From: Laetmonice hystrix
Taxonomy: Eukaryota
Assembly: GCA_965235115.1 (NCBI GenBank)
Contig: OZ249438.1
Location: forward strand, 39,494,001 to 39,558,000
Direction of reading: 5' to 3'
DNA length: 64,000 bases
Made by a program: the position numbers and the translations under genes. Below the pieces are notes generated by a model. The model had not been told where the DNA came from, ran no database searches, and worked only from the letters and a program-made list of their open reading frames with translations. Of this stretch, positions 1-13,451 are shown in pieces. Positions within the stretch are counted from its first letter, which is position 1. Every line of letters starts with the position of its first letter.

Positions 1-1856
1 GATAAAGCAGGTGCCAAACACAAGGCTTCAAATTCTGTTTTAAAAAAGGCCATTTGTGTTATTAACGCCAAATGAAGTAAAAGGATACACCTAATCACGA
101 TTCGCATTCATCTTGTCCCACAGTTAATAGGCCTACTGTCAGCTTCAGCTGCCAGGCAACGAGGTTACGACTCGACGTGCTGCTAAATTTGATTGAAGAA
201 AATGGAGCTATGTCTATGTGCACAAACCGAGTCGGTCCGTATTGAAGTCAGAACTAGCGGTGTCCCAAGTTGCAAATATCGCCGTTGTAGAAGTCCCGCA
301 GTCGTTCAAACAAATTCTCTGATTGGGTAACACTCGGTCTGTCCTGACATATTATATGGCCACGCCAATACTACTGCTATCGTCAACATGTGTTCAGACT
401 TTGGTGAGCATGAATAAGTTGGATGGTATTTTTGAAACACGACCTGGCGATCTGAATGACAAGGTATAACCGTAGTTCTCGCACAATATACCGGTTTCCA
501 GACAAGCCTTTCTCATCACGTTAAGCAATATTTGTAGACGGAGACTGTGTACGGTTGCACGGAGTACTGAGCCGGTGTTACGGTGGGATGAGGCAGCACT
601 TTAATCTCCACAGCCTGGAGCTCCTGCTCCTTGCATTCTGTGTGCCTTACCATGTCGTAGAATGGCACTTCCGTGTTGTGTGCTCGGGGAGTACTGGTGG
701 CGCCACCCTGGGGCGATCCCCCCCAACACCTCCTCCATATCAGACCTTCACGGTACCTTAAGTACGATATCACGTAGGCCTTAGAATGTAGAGTATTTGT
801 ATCCCAGAGATACCTAGAATGTCTTTTCTACTTCTGCTAGATTTTGTCCTGTCTTTGATGGGACATTATGGGGAGGGTATTTCGCTCTCATTTCCTTTTA
901 CGTTTGTTAGTGTCAGGATAAAAGTCAAGGCCACTGACGTCCCTCACTTTACAAATACAAACACCTAACATGTTATGCCATCCGTAAGAATGACGTTCAA
1001 AGCCTTGGCGGATTTTGATGAATGAATCCCAAATTATCCGAAACCATTGTTGGAGGCCGAGGGTATGTCACCGTATGCCAACTTTCAAGTTTCACTCACT
1101 AACGGTCTGCACCTCGAGTTCGCCCCAGCCGTTGGCTGTGTTTCAACTTTCATTCAGAAGAGCAGAATCTTTCGTTCTGGCTGTATTTAGATCTCCGGCA
1201 ACCATATTAATTTATAGAACATGTTCACTACCGTCCTTGACGAGTAGACGAGACAGATTTGATTCTAACTGATGTCCTTAGTTTTTCGTCAACCGCTAGG
1301 AGTCCTTCCCGATAAATATCTAAATCAGTTACAATGAGACAGAAAGGTCAATATAGAAAGGTTGGCAGGCGGAGAGTCTAGAGTGCAGTTGAATGTCAAG
1401 GAACTAAATTAGTTCTCGGGAAATGGGCAGAAGATGTAAGGCTATAAGAAAGCGCACATTATATTGGCTGTCTCTACTTTCTGTCGGTGTATTAGTGAAG
1501 GGATCTTCCACGTAGCCAGCTCTCAGTAAAGTCTATATGTTTCAATTTATTAGAATGCCATGTATGGATTTTTTTTCATACTTTGTATTTTTATACACGT
1601 ATGTAGAAAGGCTTTGTCTATATTTTGAAGGGATGACAAAGACTGGGCGAGAGAGCACTTTTTTTTATCTCGCTATTTCTTCCCTTTGTTCTCTTCATTG
1701 CTCGATGTTAAGGACCTCGTCCCTTTGCTGGATGTGTTGCTATTAGAGAGGTGTACATACTGCCGCTAAATGACAGGTAGACTGGAGCTGTTGGCCTAAA
1801 ACACAATGCCGAATTATCTGCGAGTGGCAGAATGAGCAATGCCAGCCAGGAGGAAG

Positions 1857-1912
1857 GGAGGGAAGGAGGAGGAGGAGGACGAGGAGGAGGAGGAGGAGGA
1901 GGAGGAGGGGGA
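1857..1912. repeat. (GGA)n microsatellite
   Basis: Visible ggaggagga run. Confidence 0.9.
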
Positions 1913-1958
1913 GGGGGTGCGTACAGGTACAGGTGAATCATACTTTGGTAAGGAAAAA

Positions 1959-2571
1959 CCTGAAAGTGCTAGCACTCAGGTAGGAATGTGAGGTATGGAG
2001 AACGGGGATCCCGCTACTATTGCCAATCCCTGCTACCTGAAAGTGCTAGCACTCAGGTAGGAATGTGAGGTATGGAAAACGGGGATCCCGCTACTATTGC
2101 CAATCCCTGCTACCTGAAAGTGCTAGCACTCAGGTAGGAATGTGAGGTATGGAAAACGGGGATCCCGCTACTATTGCCAATCCCTGCTACCTGAAAGTGC
2201 TAGCACTCAGGTAGGAATGTGAGGTATGGAGAACGGGGATCCCGCTACTATTGCCAATCCCTGCTACCTGAAAGTGCTAGCACTCAGGTAGGAATGTGAG
2301 GTATGGAGAACGGGGATCCCGCTACTATTGCCAATCCCTGCTACCTGAAAGTGCTAGCATTAAGGTAGGAATGTGAGGTATGGAGAACGGGGATCCCGCT
2401 ACTATTGCCAATCCCTGCTACCTGAAAGTGCTAGCACTCAGGTAGGAATGTGAGGTATGGAGAACGGGGATCCCTCTACTATTGCCAATCTCTGATACCT
2501 GAAAGTGCTAGCACTCAGGTAGGAATGTGAGGTATGGAGAACGTGAGTCCCGCTACTATTGCCAATCCCTG
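1959..2571. repeat. 77-bp minisatellite, ~8 copies
   Basis: cctgaaagtgctagcactcaggtaggaatgtgagg... recurs at 1959 and 2036. Confidence 0.95.
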
Positions 2572-2874
2572 ATAAAGGTCAGGCTTCATCAGAAACATTC
2601 CTACCGTATACTGTCGATTTCCTACACTTGAAAAAGTGTTACTTCAATTTCTTTGGAGGAAAAAGAGATGAATACACCCGAAACTAGGGTTAGGGTGATG
2701 GTAATAGGGGATGGGATGGGTGGGTTCCTGCGTGTACCTAACAAACCCTGCTGTTCCTTCAGGTTGTGTTTCCTCCAGAACAGTATTTCCTCCTATCGGT
2801 ATCGATGAACAGGGATTCAAGGCCGAAGCGTTCATTGACCTGATCAGTGAATGCAACTTCACTCACTATCTAAA

Positions 2875-3292
2875 ACCAGGATTAGAACATGTGTTTGTCA
2901 GTTATGTGAACCAGGATTAGAACATGTGTTTGTCAGTTATGTGAACCAGGATTAGAACATGTGTTTGTCAGTTATGTGAACCAGGATTAGAACATGAGTT
3001 TGTCAGCTATGTGAACCAGGATTAGAACATGTGTTTGTCAGTTATGTGTATGTGAACCAGGATTAGAACATGAGTTTGTCAGTTATGTGTATGTGAACCA
3101 GGATTAGAACATGAGTTTGTCAGTTATGTGTATGTGAACCAGGATTAGAACATGAGTTTGTCAGTTATGTGAACCAGGATTAGAACCTGTGTTTGTCAGT
3201 TATGTGAACCAGGATTAGAACATGAGTTTGTCAGTTATGTGTATGTGAACCAGGATTAGAACATGTGTTTGTCAGTTATATGTATGTGAACA
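2875..3292. repeat. 35/41-bp minisatellite, ~11 copies
   Basis: accaggattagaacatgtgtttgtcagttatgtga; variants carry an extra gtatgt. Confidence 0.93.
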
Positions 3293-4404
3293 ACATCATC
3301 TGACACACTTCTCGAGGCAATCTGCAGGTGCAACGCTAAGTGGCGGGGGCTGCTCGAGGCTGTTTGAGCGAATTGCGGCCTTTCTCATGAATGAAAAGCC
3401 GTCATCTCTGCAGTGAATCTACTTATGGATATCTTAAAAACAGGCATGCTGATATGACAGACGGAGATCTACGTACTCAGGGAATATTTATTTTTTATTC
3501 CCTTTTTATATGGGAATTCTTGTTTGAGAAAAGTCTGTACTGTTGGTACCCGGACAGTTACTACTCGATGGTGTTGTCTCATGGTGTAGGGGGTAGGGGG
3601 TGCAGCCAGGCACGCTGCTGGTCGGACAATGTGCTGATTGCTCCAACTAGGGCTTATTGGATGCAGGGCAATCATACTTTGAGGTCAGGTGGGTGCAGTA
3701 TCAAACGGAGGTCAGTGACCTCCGGGCGGCCTCCAGTGGCGCCGTGTACTGGAGGAGGTGGTCAGCCTCTTAACGATGATCTATATGCCTGGCCAGCATT
3801 CTTCTGGTTTGTTCAAACAAATAACGGTATAAGAGCCCACTGGGGGCGGGGGGAGGGGACTGTTCCACCAACCTCCTCAGTGAATTCATCATTGTTTGGG
3901 CGTTGATTGGTGGACAGTGACAGACCCACGGATGGTGGTTGAAGGCGGGGGGATGGGGTAAGGTAGACTGGCATTTATTGAGTTGCTGGAGCTGGAGTTT
4001 TCTGGTCCATAGAAGGGCCTGCACAGGGTGGGGGGCCTGGTAGCGCGGATCATGGGGGGGGGGGGGGACGTTCAGGGGGGGGGGCGTTCAAGGGTGGCGT
4101 TTAGGGGGGGGGGTTCAGGGGGGATGTCGGGGGGATACGGTATCTCTGGTACATACAGTAAGCAAGGACTTCGTGGACTCGCCCACCCCATTTTTCACGA
4201 ATACATGTGCCGACCTGTACATCTTCCTCAGCTTTGAAGCACCCGTATCTTGGTGAAGTCTGCTTTGTTTGGTCGTCTGAGGTTTCTGACTGACAGTAAC
4301 AGAATATGTCGGTGCGGTACTACTATAGTAACATGAAGTTATCCTTTTTTTACAAATGTTTGAATCACTGTATCATACATAAATTTTCTTAATTTTTGGG
4401 CTCC

Positions 4405-4790
4405 AGGTTCATTCTCTTTTCATGTTTGCCCATGTCTGCAGAATAGCATATCCATGGGAAAACGTGAGTTTTGAGGTTCATTTTGGTATGTTTGCCCATG
4501 TCTGAAGAATAGCATATCCATCGGAAAACGTGAGTTTTGAGGTTCATTCTGGTATGTTTGCCCATGTCTGAAGAATAGCATATCCATGGGAAAACGTGAG
4601 TTTTGAGGTTCATTCTGGTATGTTTGCCCATGTCTGAAGAATAGCATATCCATGGGAAAACGTGAGTTTTGAGGTTCATTCTGGTATGTTTGCCCATGTC
4701 TGAAGAATAGCATATCCATGGGAAAACGTGAGTTTTGAGGTTCATTCTGGTATGTTTGCCCATGTCTGCAGAATAGCATATCCATCGGAA
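4405..4790. repeat. 66-bp minisatellite, ~6 copies
   Basis: tttgcccatgtctgaagaatagcatatccatggg... at 4425 and 4491. Confidence 0.93.
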
Positions 4791-5562
4791 AAGATGGGTT
4801 TTGCACTGTCAGTGCTGGAGTCCAGATTCATTGTTCTCTGTTGGCGGAAACCCTACAGACATGGCGTCAGATGTTGGGAGAGATAAAGCCGTGGCCGCAG
4901 ATTATAGAGAGCATAAGACAGATGGTTCTGAGACTTGATGCAATGGTAAAGTGCAATTTCAAGACAGGATTATCCAAATCCTTATGTGGCGTTACCCGAT
5001 CTGACATTACTTATATTACTTGCTGTTCTAAGCTTAATCTTGGAACAGTAGACTGTGATGTACAGTGCAGGCCTCAGAACACAAAGCCATCAAATATTAC
5101 ATTTGTAAGACTAGAAGATTGTCATTATTCGCTGTGATCAGCTGGGGCAGAGCCATGGTAAATTCTATATACCGTAGGGATTTAGTTTTTGAACTAAAGC
5201 GGTAGGACTCTTATAACTTGGGGAAGCTATTCCGATTAAACCATTGCTTTTTCCGTTTACGGACTGGGATAAACTTAGCATATTTACCTGAGCCAAAAAG
5301 AAAAGAAAAAGAAAATCGGGAAATAACGGATGCTGTTAGTGGACATGGCTTGTGGCCAAGGTCAGCAGGCGCTGTGGGCCGACACTGGTGGCTGAGCCAG
5401 CCCGTATTTCCAACTAGATGCTCCTGTAACAGAAGTAGTGTAAAAGCCTGTCCCCCGGCCGTTATACAATGGTATCTGGCTGGCCCAGTGCGAGTCTCAT
5501 TACGACTGGTGGTAATGGAATCTCGAATTGTTCATCCAGCAATCAGTGTCTGAGCCGTCTGT

Positions 5563-7403
5563 TCCCGTCCACAATACAATCCTCATGGTGAGCCCATGCA
5601 GGTCGGGGGACCACACCCTGCGCTCTCCCACCGTCCACAATACAATCCTCATGGTGAGCCCATGCAGGTCGGGGGACCACACCCTGCGCTCTCCCACCGT
5701 CCACAATACAATCCTCATGGTGAGCCCATGCAGGTCGGGGGACCACACCCTGCGCTCTCCCACCGTCCACAATACAATCCTCATGGTGAGCCCATGCAGG
5801 TCGGGGGACCACACCCTGCGCTCTCCCACCGTCCACAATACAATCCTCATGGTGAGCCCATGCAGGTCGGGGGACCACACCCTGCGCTCTCCCACCGTCC
5901 ACAATACAATCCTCATGGTGAGCCCATGCAGGTCGGGGGACCACACCCTGCGCTCTCCCACCGTCCACAATACAATCCTCATGGTTATCCCATGCAGGTC
6001 GGGGGACCACACCCTGCGCTCTCCCACCGTCCACAATACAATCTTCATGGTGAGCCCATGCAGGTCGGGGGACCACACCCTGCGCTCTCCCACCGTCCAC
6101 AATACAATCTTCATGGTGAGCCCATGCAGGTCGGGGGACCACACCCTGCGCTCTCCCACCGTCCACAATACAATCCTCATGGTTATCCCATGCAGGTCGG
6201 GGGACCACACCCTGCGCTCTTCCACCGTCCACAATACAATCCTCACGGTAAGCCCATGCAGGTTGGCAGGCCACACCCTGCGCTCTCCCAGCCTCATGGT
6301 GAGCCCATGCAGGTTGACAGACCACACCCTGCTCTCCCAGCCTCATGGTGAGCCCATGCAGGTTGACAGACTAAACCCTGCTCTCCCAGCCTCATGGTGA
6401 GCACATGCAGGATGGCAGGCCACACCCTGCTCTCTCCCAGCCTCATGGTAAGCCCATGCAGATTGGCAGGCCACACCCTGCTCTCTCCCAGCCTCATGGT
6501 GAGCCCATGCAGGTTGGCAGACCAAACCCTGCTCTCTCCCGGCTCATGGTGAGCCCATGCTGGTTGGCAGGCCACACCCTGCGCTCTCCCAGCCTCATGG
6601 TGAGCCCATGCAGGTTGACAGACCACACCCTGCTCTCCCAGCCTCATGGTGAGCCCATGCAGGTTGACAGACTAAACCCTGCTCTCCCAGCCTCATGGTG
6701 AGCACATGCAGGTTGGCAGACCACACCCTGCTCTCTCCCAGCCTCACGGTGAGCCCATGCAGGTTGGCAGGCCAAACCCTTCTCTCTCCCAGCCTCATGG
6801 TGAGCCCATGCAGGTTGGCAGACCACACCCTGCTCTCCCAGCCTCACGGTGAGCCCATGCAGGTTGGCAGACCACACCCTTCTCTCTCCCAGCCTCATGG
6901 TGAGCCCATGCAGGTTGGCAGACCACACCCTGCTCTCTCCCAGCCTCACGGTGAGCCCATGCAGGTTGGCAGGCCAAACCCTTCTCTCTCCCAGCCTCAT
7001 GGTGAGCCCATGCAGGTTGGCAGGCCACACCCTGCTCTCTCCCAGCCTCACGGTGAGCCCATGCAGGTTGGCAGGCCACACCCTGCTCTCTCCTAGCCTC
7101 ACGGTGAGCCCATGCAGGTTGGCAGGCCAAACCCTTCTCTCTCCCAGCCTCATGGTGAGCCCATGCAGGTTGGCAGGCCAAACCCTTCTCTCTCCCAGCC
7201 TCATGGTGAGCCCATGCAGGTTGGCAGGCCAAACCCTGATCTCCCAGCCTCATGGTGAGCCCATGCAGGTTGGCAGACCACACCCTGCTCTCTCCCAGCC
7301 TCACGGTGAGCCCATGCAGGTTGGCAGACCACACCCTTCTCTCTCCCAGCCTCATGGTGAGCCCATACAGGTTGGCAGACCACACCCTGCTCTCCCAGCC
7401 TCA
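5563..7403. repeat. Composite minisatellite: 66-bp unit (~10 copies) changing to a related 49/51-bp unit (~23 copies)
   Basis: Shared core cctcatggtgagcccatgcaggt..ccacaccctg.ctctccca; switch near 6240-6290. Confidence 0.93.
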
Positions 7404-8578
7404 CCATATTCAATAATCGGTCCCAGTTTATGGCTGCCAAGAGAACCTCGGCATGGATATTGCATTTAGAATGGATTTCAAGGGTTTGTGTCCTAGCGGC
7501 TTTCTATTATCTGTCTAGAAACGAAGACCTGTAAGATGGCCATCGCTCAGGCTGCACGATTGGAAGTGGCGTCATTGGATTACAAGTGGTCGAGTGCTTG
7601 TATTGTGCTGCATGTACCTCTGAGGCAGCGCAGCCGGACAAATGCAAATGCCTCTCGCCAGAGGGCCAGATCGAGTCTGGAGCGTGGAGACGACATGTTG
7701 ACTTCCGCCGGCGGGGTGCTTGAATAACATGGTGCTGACCTCTGACCTCAGGAAGGGTGGTCTTGACCCAGGGCAAACAGTATCAGAGTATTGGAGCACT
7801 CCTAAACAACACCTGACCTTACTTACCACACAATGTGTCACAGGTGTTGGCGAACGCTGTATGCCCTCGTGCTCTCCAAGTCATAATCAAGTTTTGAAGG
7901 GAGAACTCAAGGTCAAGTAAAAGGCGATAGTATAGAGAATGACCTTGAGCACCAAGGGGTGTATTGCATGTGGTAGATAAATTACTTGTTAAGGTCGTAT
8001 CTATACCAAAGAGTTCCTATAATGAAGAGAGAGAGAGAGCAACGTACGAAATGAGTTGAATTTAAACGAACCGGTTGAAGCTCTGATGGAAGAGTAAAAG
8101 ATTGACACAGCGTTATAATGAAGGAGTTAGTAAACAAGCCAGTCTCCAGACGTCTCAACAAGATTCCGAGCAAGGCCCGGTTTGTCCATCTGTGAGTTGT
8201 TGTGGCCATCATGTGTAATTCGAGATGGTAGTTGCAGTGGGACGGAATAAAAAGGACACATATTCGGCGTAAGGACATGAGAGAAATGAAACACTCGAGT
8301 GGTTGCACCCGATGTGAGTCGGTTGCAGGTGGAGCCGAGGAGGAGGACGAGGAGGCTGACTTAAAACCGACCACTGAGAAACCTGAGCTTTAACCGGCTA
8401 CCGTCCCTCGCTTCATGCAGGAAGTATGCTGCAAATGTCAGGCGTCGCTTACGTTCTGTTCTGGCAGCTTATTTCCATGACAACGGTGGGATGTTTTAGC
8501 TGTGGAGTGGAGGGGTCTGCCCACCTGACTCGTCCCGTGAGGGGGCGCTCCGGTCGGGCGTTCGCGTCTGTACTTGCG

Positions 8579-8630
8579 TCCTCCTCCTCCTCCTCCTCCT
8601 CCTCCTCCTCCTCGTCCTCCTCTTCCTCCT
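8579..8630. repeat. (TCC)n microsatellite
   Basis: Visible tcctcctcc run. Confidence 0.9.
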
Positions 8631-10339
8631 CCCCAGGGAGTACACCTTCGGCAGTATGTAGCCATCGCTACATTTCTCTACTCAGTATCATCAACTCTCA
8701 TACAATAACGTCTTTGTATGCAGGCACACATGTCCCGTATAAAAAAAGGTTTTATTCATGTGGAAAGGCCCGTCGATGTCTTCAGGCTTGACCCCCTCCT
8801 TCCTGGATGAATGCGAGGCAGGTGAAAAATGACAGGCCCATTCATGATGTACAACAGGGAAAAAAATCTAATGATTTGTGAAGGGACATCGCCTGATAAA
8901 ATCTGCCATAACCCTGGTCGTAGTGGAGTGAGGGAGTGGGGCTGTATAATATGATAATAGTGCTTTTAAAACCAAATTATCATTAGGCAATGATCGTCCT
9001 CTTTTTATGGTTCTTCACAAATCACCGAAACTGCATAGTTTGGATGTATAAAGCTACAGCTGCATGCCTAAACACTATACGAGATACATTGTGATAGTGT
9101 TTTCAGAGAGTGCAGGCAGGCTGAGGTGGTAAAAACCGTGCCGCTCTAACCGACGTGGCACTCGGCAGACTCTCCTATTGTAGCCGGCATCAAATTCCAC
9201 TTTGCATGTACTACTCACAATACATTACGTTAATACGGGCCCATCGCCTGCCATTCTCATGTTCCGAGTGGAGGCATCGTGTATCAATTTATCCAAGTTA
9301 TCAGACAGATGTTGCTATTTTAATTCAATGGCCAAAAACAGTATCCCCCATGCGCGGGTATCGCGGAGTACACTGTAGTAAGAAATAATTAGTTTAATTT
9401 CCTATTCTAGTACCAGGAGGCCATCGGTTAGTTAGACGAGCTGCCTTGGGAGGCTGACCTTGACCGAGACTCACAATGTGTGACCTTGACCTGAAAGCTT
9501 GACCGAACCACAAACACCATTGAGTCTGTGACCCCCGGGAAGAGGGTGGGGAGATCGGCCAGGATCGAGGTGGCCTCTTAGAGCGGCGCCACCCTTGATG
9601 GACCGAGTTCTCTCTAGCCATTTGGAGCCTCAGGCTTGTGAAGTGACAGTGGCAAAGCAAAGTGAGAGGAGACGGCAGGCCACACTCTAACCACATCAAC
9701 TTAATGGATTCGTGAGGATGGGAAAAATAACGTGCTTGTCCCCACTGCCCCCGGAAGCTCACCTCCGGTGAACATGACAAATACTCTAAAGCCACAGTAA
9801 TCCTTTTAAAACAACTAGCTTTGAAATGAAAGCAAATATGAACTTAACGGGATTACTGATTTTTAATTAGTCTATCAGACAAGCCTGCAGTTGAAACTGC
9901 ATTTAGTTAAATTTGGTTAAGGGGGGCCATTTTTAGATTTGGGAACAGGTTTTGTCAATATAAGAAGAGTAGACCACACAAATATTGTTAATATCGACAT
10001 GACTAGATATCCACGGTCTGTGGTGGGTCTGCAAAAGTCTCCTCTTGCTGTTTGTCAGCTTTTGTTCTAAGGGACATGAAAGCGGCGAAAGATCAAAGAG
10101 CCATGTACTTTTCACCTGCTGCCCTGGCCGCTGTGGAGGGGTCTACAAGCGTCACCTATCGCTCCCGGCGTCAGGCTGCCTTTAACAACAGTACATATCA
10201 CCATTGGCACAATCAGAAACAAACACTGTCAAACACTGAGAGGGTTCCTTAAAAAAAACCTCTGTTTTGTGCCTGAACAAAGCTCTGACTTTGGACGAAA
10301 ATAATAAGTTTGTCTAAAACCATCATAACACAAATTTGT

Positions 10340-10712
10340 CATAAACCATCATAACACCTCCACGAGATAACCATAATGCCCACCATAAACCATAACACCT
10401 CCACGAGATAACCATAATGCCCACCATAAACCATAACACCTCCAAGAGATAAACATAATGCCCTCCATAAACCATAACACTTCCAAGAGATAAACATAAT
10501 GCCCTCCATAAACCATAACACCTCCAAGAGATAAACATAATGCCCTCCATAAACCATAACACTTCCAAGAGATAACCATAATGTTCACCATAAACCATAA
10601 CACCTCCAAGAAATAACCATAATGTTCACCATAAACCATAACACCTCCAAGAAATAACCTAATGTTCACCATAAACCATAACACTTCCAAGAGATAACCA
10701 TAATGTTTACCA
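10340..10712. repeat. 41-bp minisatellite, ~9 copies
   Basis: ccataaaccataacacctccaagagataaccataatg... at 10383, 10424, 10465. Confidence 0.92.
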
Positions 10713-10896
10713 TGATAAACCATCGTTACTTTTGTATCCTTGAATATAAGTTGAGAAATCCACGTGTATGGTTTGAAAGGATCACTTTTTGTACTGGTTA
10801 TTAATCGTCTGTAATACGCAGACATAGCTCTCTGTGCACCAGTTTCTATTGGTAGTCACTGTAGAAGAATACTGACCTTCCTTCAATTTGTTTCAG

Positions 10897-10965
10897 GACA
10901 CTGACTGTTTGGATATTTCTCTCATCAGAGACACACGGACAGGGAAGAATGCTCGTACACCAAAG
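10897..10965 (+). CDS. PLCB1: Phospholipase C-beta (PLCB1-3/Plc21C type) internal coding exon, PH domain: DTDCLDISLIRDTRTGKNARTPK
   Basis: 69 nt, phase 0/0. Acceptor cttcaatttgtttcag with branch-like ctgAc ~22 nt upstream; donor AAG|gtgagt. The peptide aligns with recalled human PLCB1 [23 protein letters not shown]. The symbol indicates the clade (PLCB1-like), not strict orthology. Confidence 0.93.
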
Positions 10966-13451
10966 GTGAGTGTTAGTTCCTGGTAATTGTTTGAGGTACT
11001 CATAACTCTAGAATAACCCGGGTTGTTGTTATTCTCATACCTCATTCAGACTACTGTATCATGACCTGAGCTGGGTCACTTCCTACAAACGGTATTAAAA
11101 CCACCAGGTAATATCATCAAGGATGGTGGAGTGTATTCTTGCTATCGTACTGACCTCCGGACTACAAGGTGAAATGTCCTAACTGGGTTCAACAAATGAC
11201 TCATGTTGGGCAAAGTTCACTTTGCAGGGAAAGAATTAGACACATATGATACATAGTGACCTTTTCCGTATGAATATGCTGTGATTTATCGAGCTTCAAT
11301 GGCAAGATAAACATTCTTTGGCATTTGCATATTACTTAGGTGATTAGCTGGCCGAGCTGGCCGCAGTCTGAGACTCTCTGTCGTGATTTGAGAGGACTGG
11401 CAGAGCGTGGATATGACATGAATCTCCAATGATCGATGTAGACATGGTTGACATTCTTTATCCGTATTGTTGAAGGGATGTGGAGAGGAAGGAGTGGTTG
11501 TCGTGAGCGTGCTGTTGTTTCTATAGTCAAGTAGGATGGTGGTGTTTGTCTTCTTTCTGTCTTCACCCACGCAGATATAGACACGGAGGTAACACTCGAC
11601 TCCCTCTTCATATTGTTGTGAAGTGGTGGTACAAGAAAACGTTTATCGTAGAGAAGCACTACGGAGGTGAAAGAAACAGACAACTGAAGGTTGCATCTTG
11701 CTTGAGTTGAATTGAATGATTAATTTTATGAGCAGTCTTTGCAATTTGTCTCTTTTAATTTCTTAGTACAGACAAGATATAATTATCACCTAAATAAAGC
11801 AAGCTCCAATGTCTACTTGACAAATCAATTTCCGTGCGAAGCTATCTTTTGGTAGACTTTTAATCTGTGTGGGTTTTCAAGGTAATTGAAATCGATGTCA
11901 GTATTATAGGGTTAATTCTACCCTATCTAAAGGACCACTTGAAAACCTCGACGGCTACTTTATGGATACTACACGTGATCTGACTAAGTTGATTATCCTT
12001 GCCGAGTGTTACCGAAGACCGACACCTTTTGATAGTCGCTTCACGTTAGGCGGTGTCAAATGATGTCTAATACAGACTTCGTGAGCCATAAATCGTCAAC
12101 AATGTCTTTTGACATGCCGATTTTAAAAATCATTCTTAAAGCAGTCACAATCCTGAACGTAGCTCAGAGTAATATCTATGGAAATATCGAAATAGCTTGG
12201 TGTGCCTTGTTTGTTATAGAAAGATGGAATTATAAACAATTGGGATCACCTAGATAAAAGGCAGCTTTCCAGGAAGACTGAAGAAACTGGTTTCGTATTC
12301 ATTGATATAAAGATGGCAGAGCACGATTAATATAATATTTTTATAGCCTTGTTTCCATGTATAGCCACGTAACATGAGGCGTCTTATTACAAGAGGATGG
12401 TATATTCTTAGGCTGTCAGTGCGCAAAGAGCGAGTGAATTCGCTGGAAGTTTGAAACAGTGAAACAACTCATTTACTGCTTGGTAATTTTCGATGATAAA
12501 ACCAAGTAACACATCAGTTACAAACTAATTTCTTTGTAAAGACAGACTCTACCTCAAAACTGTTCCTTTGTAGTAGCTGTGCAAACAAAAACAGATGTAA
12601 CCTTTTAGAAGAAAATGAAAGCGGTCAAAAAAACCAAATTGAACGGCACAAGATTGGAAGAATAGTGTGGACATGAAAAGGACCTGTTCCTGCTGGGCGC
12701 CTCCTCCAACGAGGACAAAATTATCACCTGTTGTTTGGAAGCCAAATTAAGGATCCAACCGATTTTGAAGATGCCACAAGGACCACAACATTGATTGTAG
12801 CCACGAAGTAAAACATCAGATTAACCTGGATTTTCGTGTCGGCCAGCAATCATTGTTGTATTTGTAACGTCACCGATGGATGGGTTAAAATAAATAATGC
12901 GTTGAACCATATTGTACATCTATAAAATAAAATACTGACAATAATGTACTGGCTGCGCTTTTTCAGCCGCACAAATATGTTCGGTAATCTCGCAAATTGG
13001 GACCGTTGAGGCTCAAAACTGGACCCCATTCGACCCGCCTTAAGTGAATGCCGTGGTCTTTGGTTTACTGACCATCCGAGAGGATACAGGTTGTTACCGT
13101 CCTTACCGTTGTCAATGTGAGTAGAATCTAGTGAATAGCGCCATGCGGTGCTCCGTGTACTACAGGCTCATGGTGACCGATGTACAGACACGCCTGCTGG
13201 TCGTGTCTCATAAAGTTCCTTGTACTGAGTTATTATACAAGAATGCAACGCTTCAAGTAATTACCTCATTTCAGGTAATTAGATAAACCGTAAAAAGTGC
13301 TTCTCAGATTCTCAAGTCAGTGTGATTTTTCACTTTATCATATCCTGAAATTTAGATCATTTTAACATATCTAAAATGTCTGCCATCTTTCCCATTAAAA
13401 TGAGACCCATCGAGCCCCGAGAAGCATTCATGGCTTCAGCCATCCCGGGTC

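Noticed and set aside
5500-7469. Overlapping 186-290 aa ORFs on both strands
   Set aside because: Several frames are open at once because of the 66- and 51-bp repeat units; no protein family signal.
1-10896. Expected upstream PLC-beta exon (...VDPxGFFLYWTDQNK-like)
   Set aside because: Candidates (IDEQGF near 2800, RMDFKG near 7470, DHFLYW near 10785) lack proper splice signals, have stops or do not extend the match. The exon probably lies upstream of the window.
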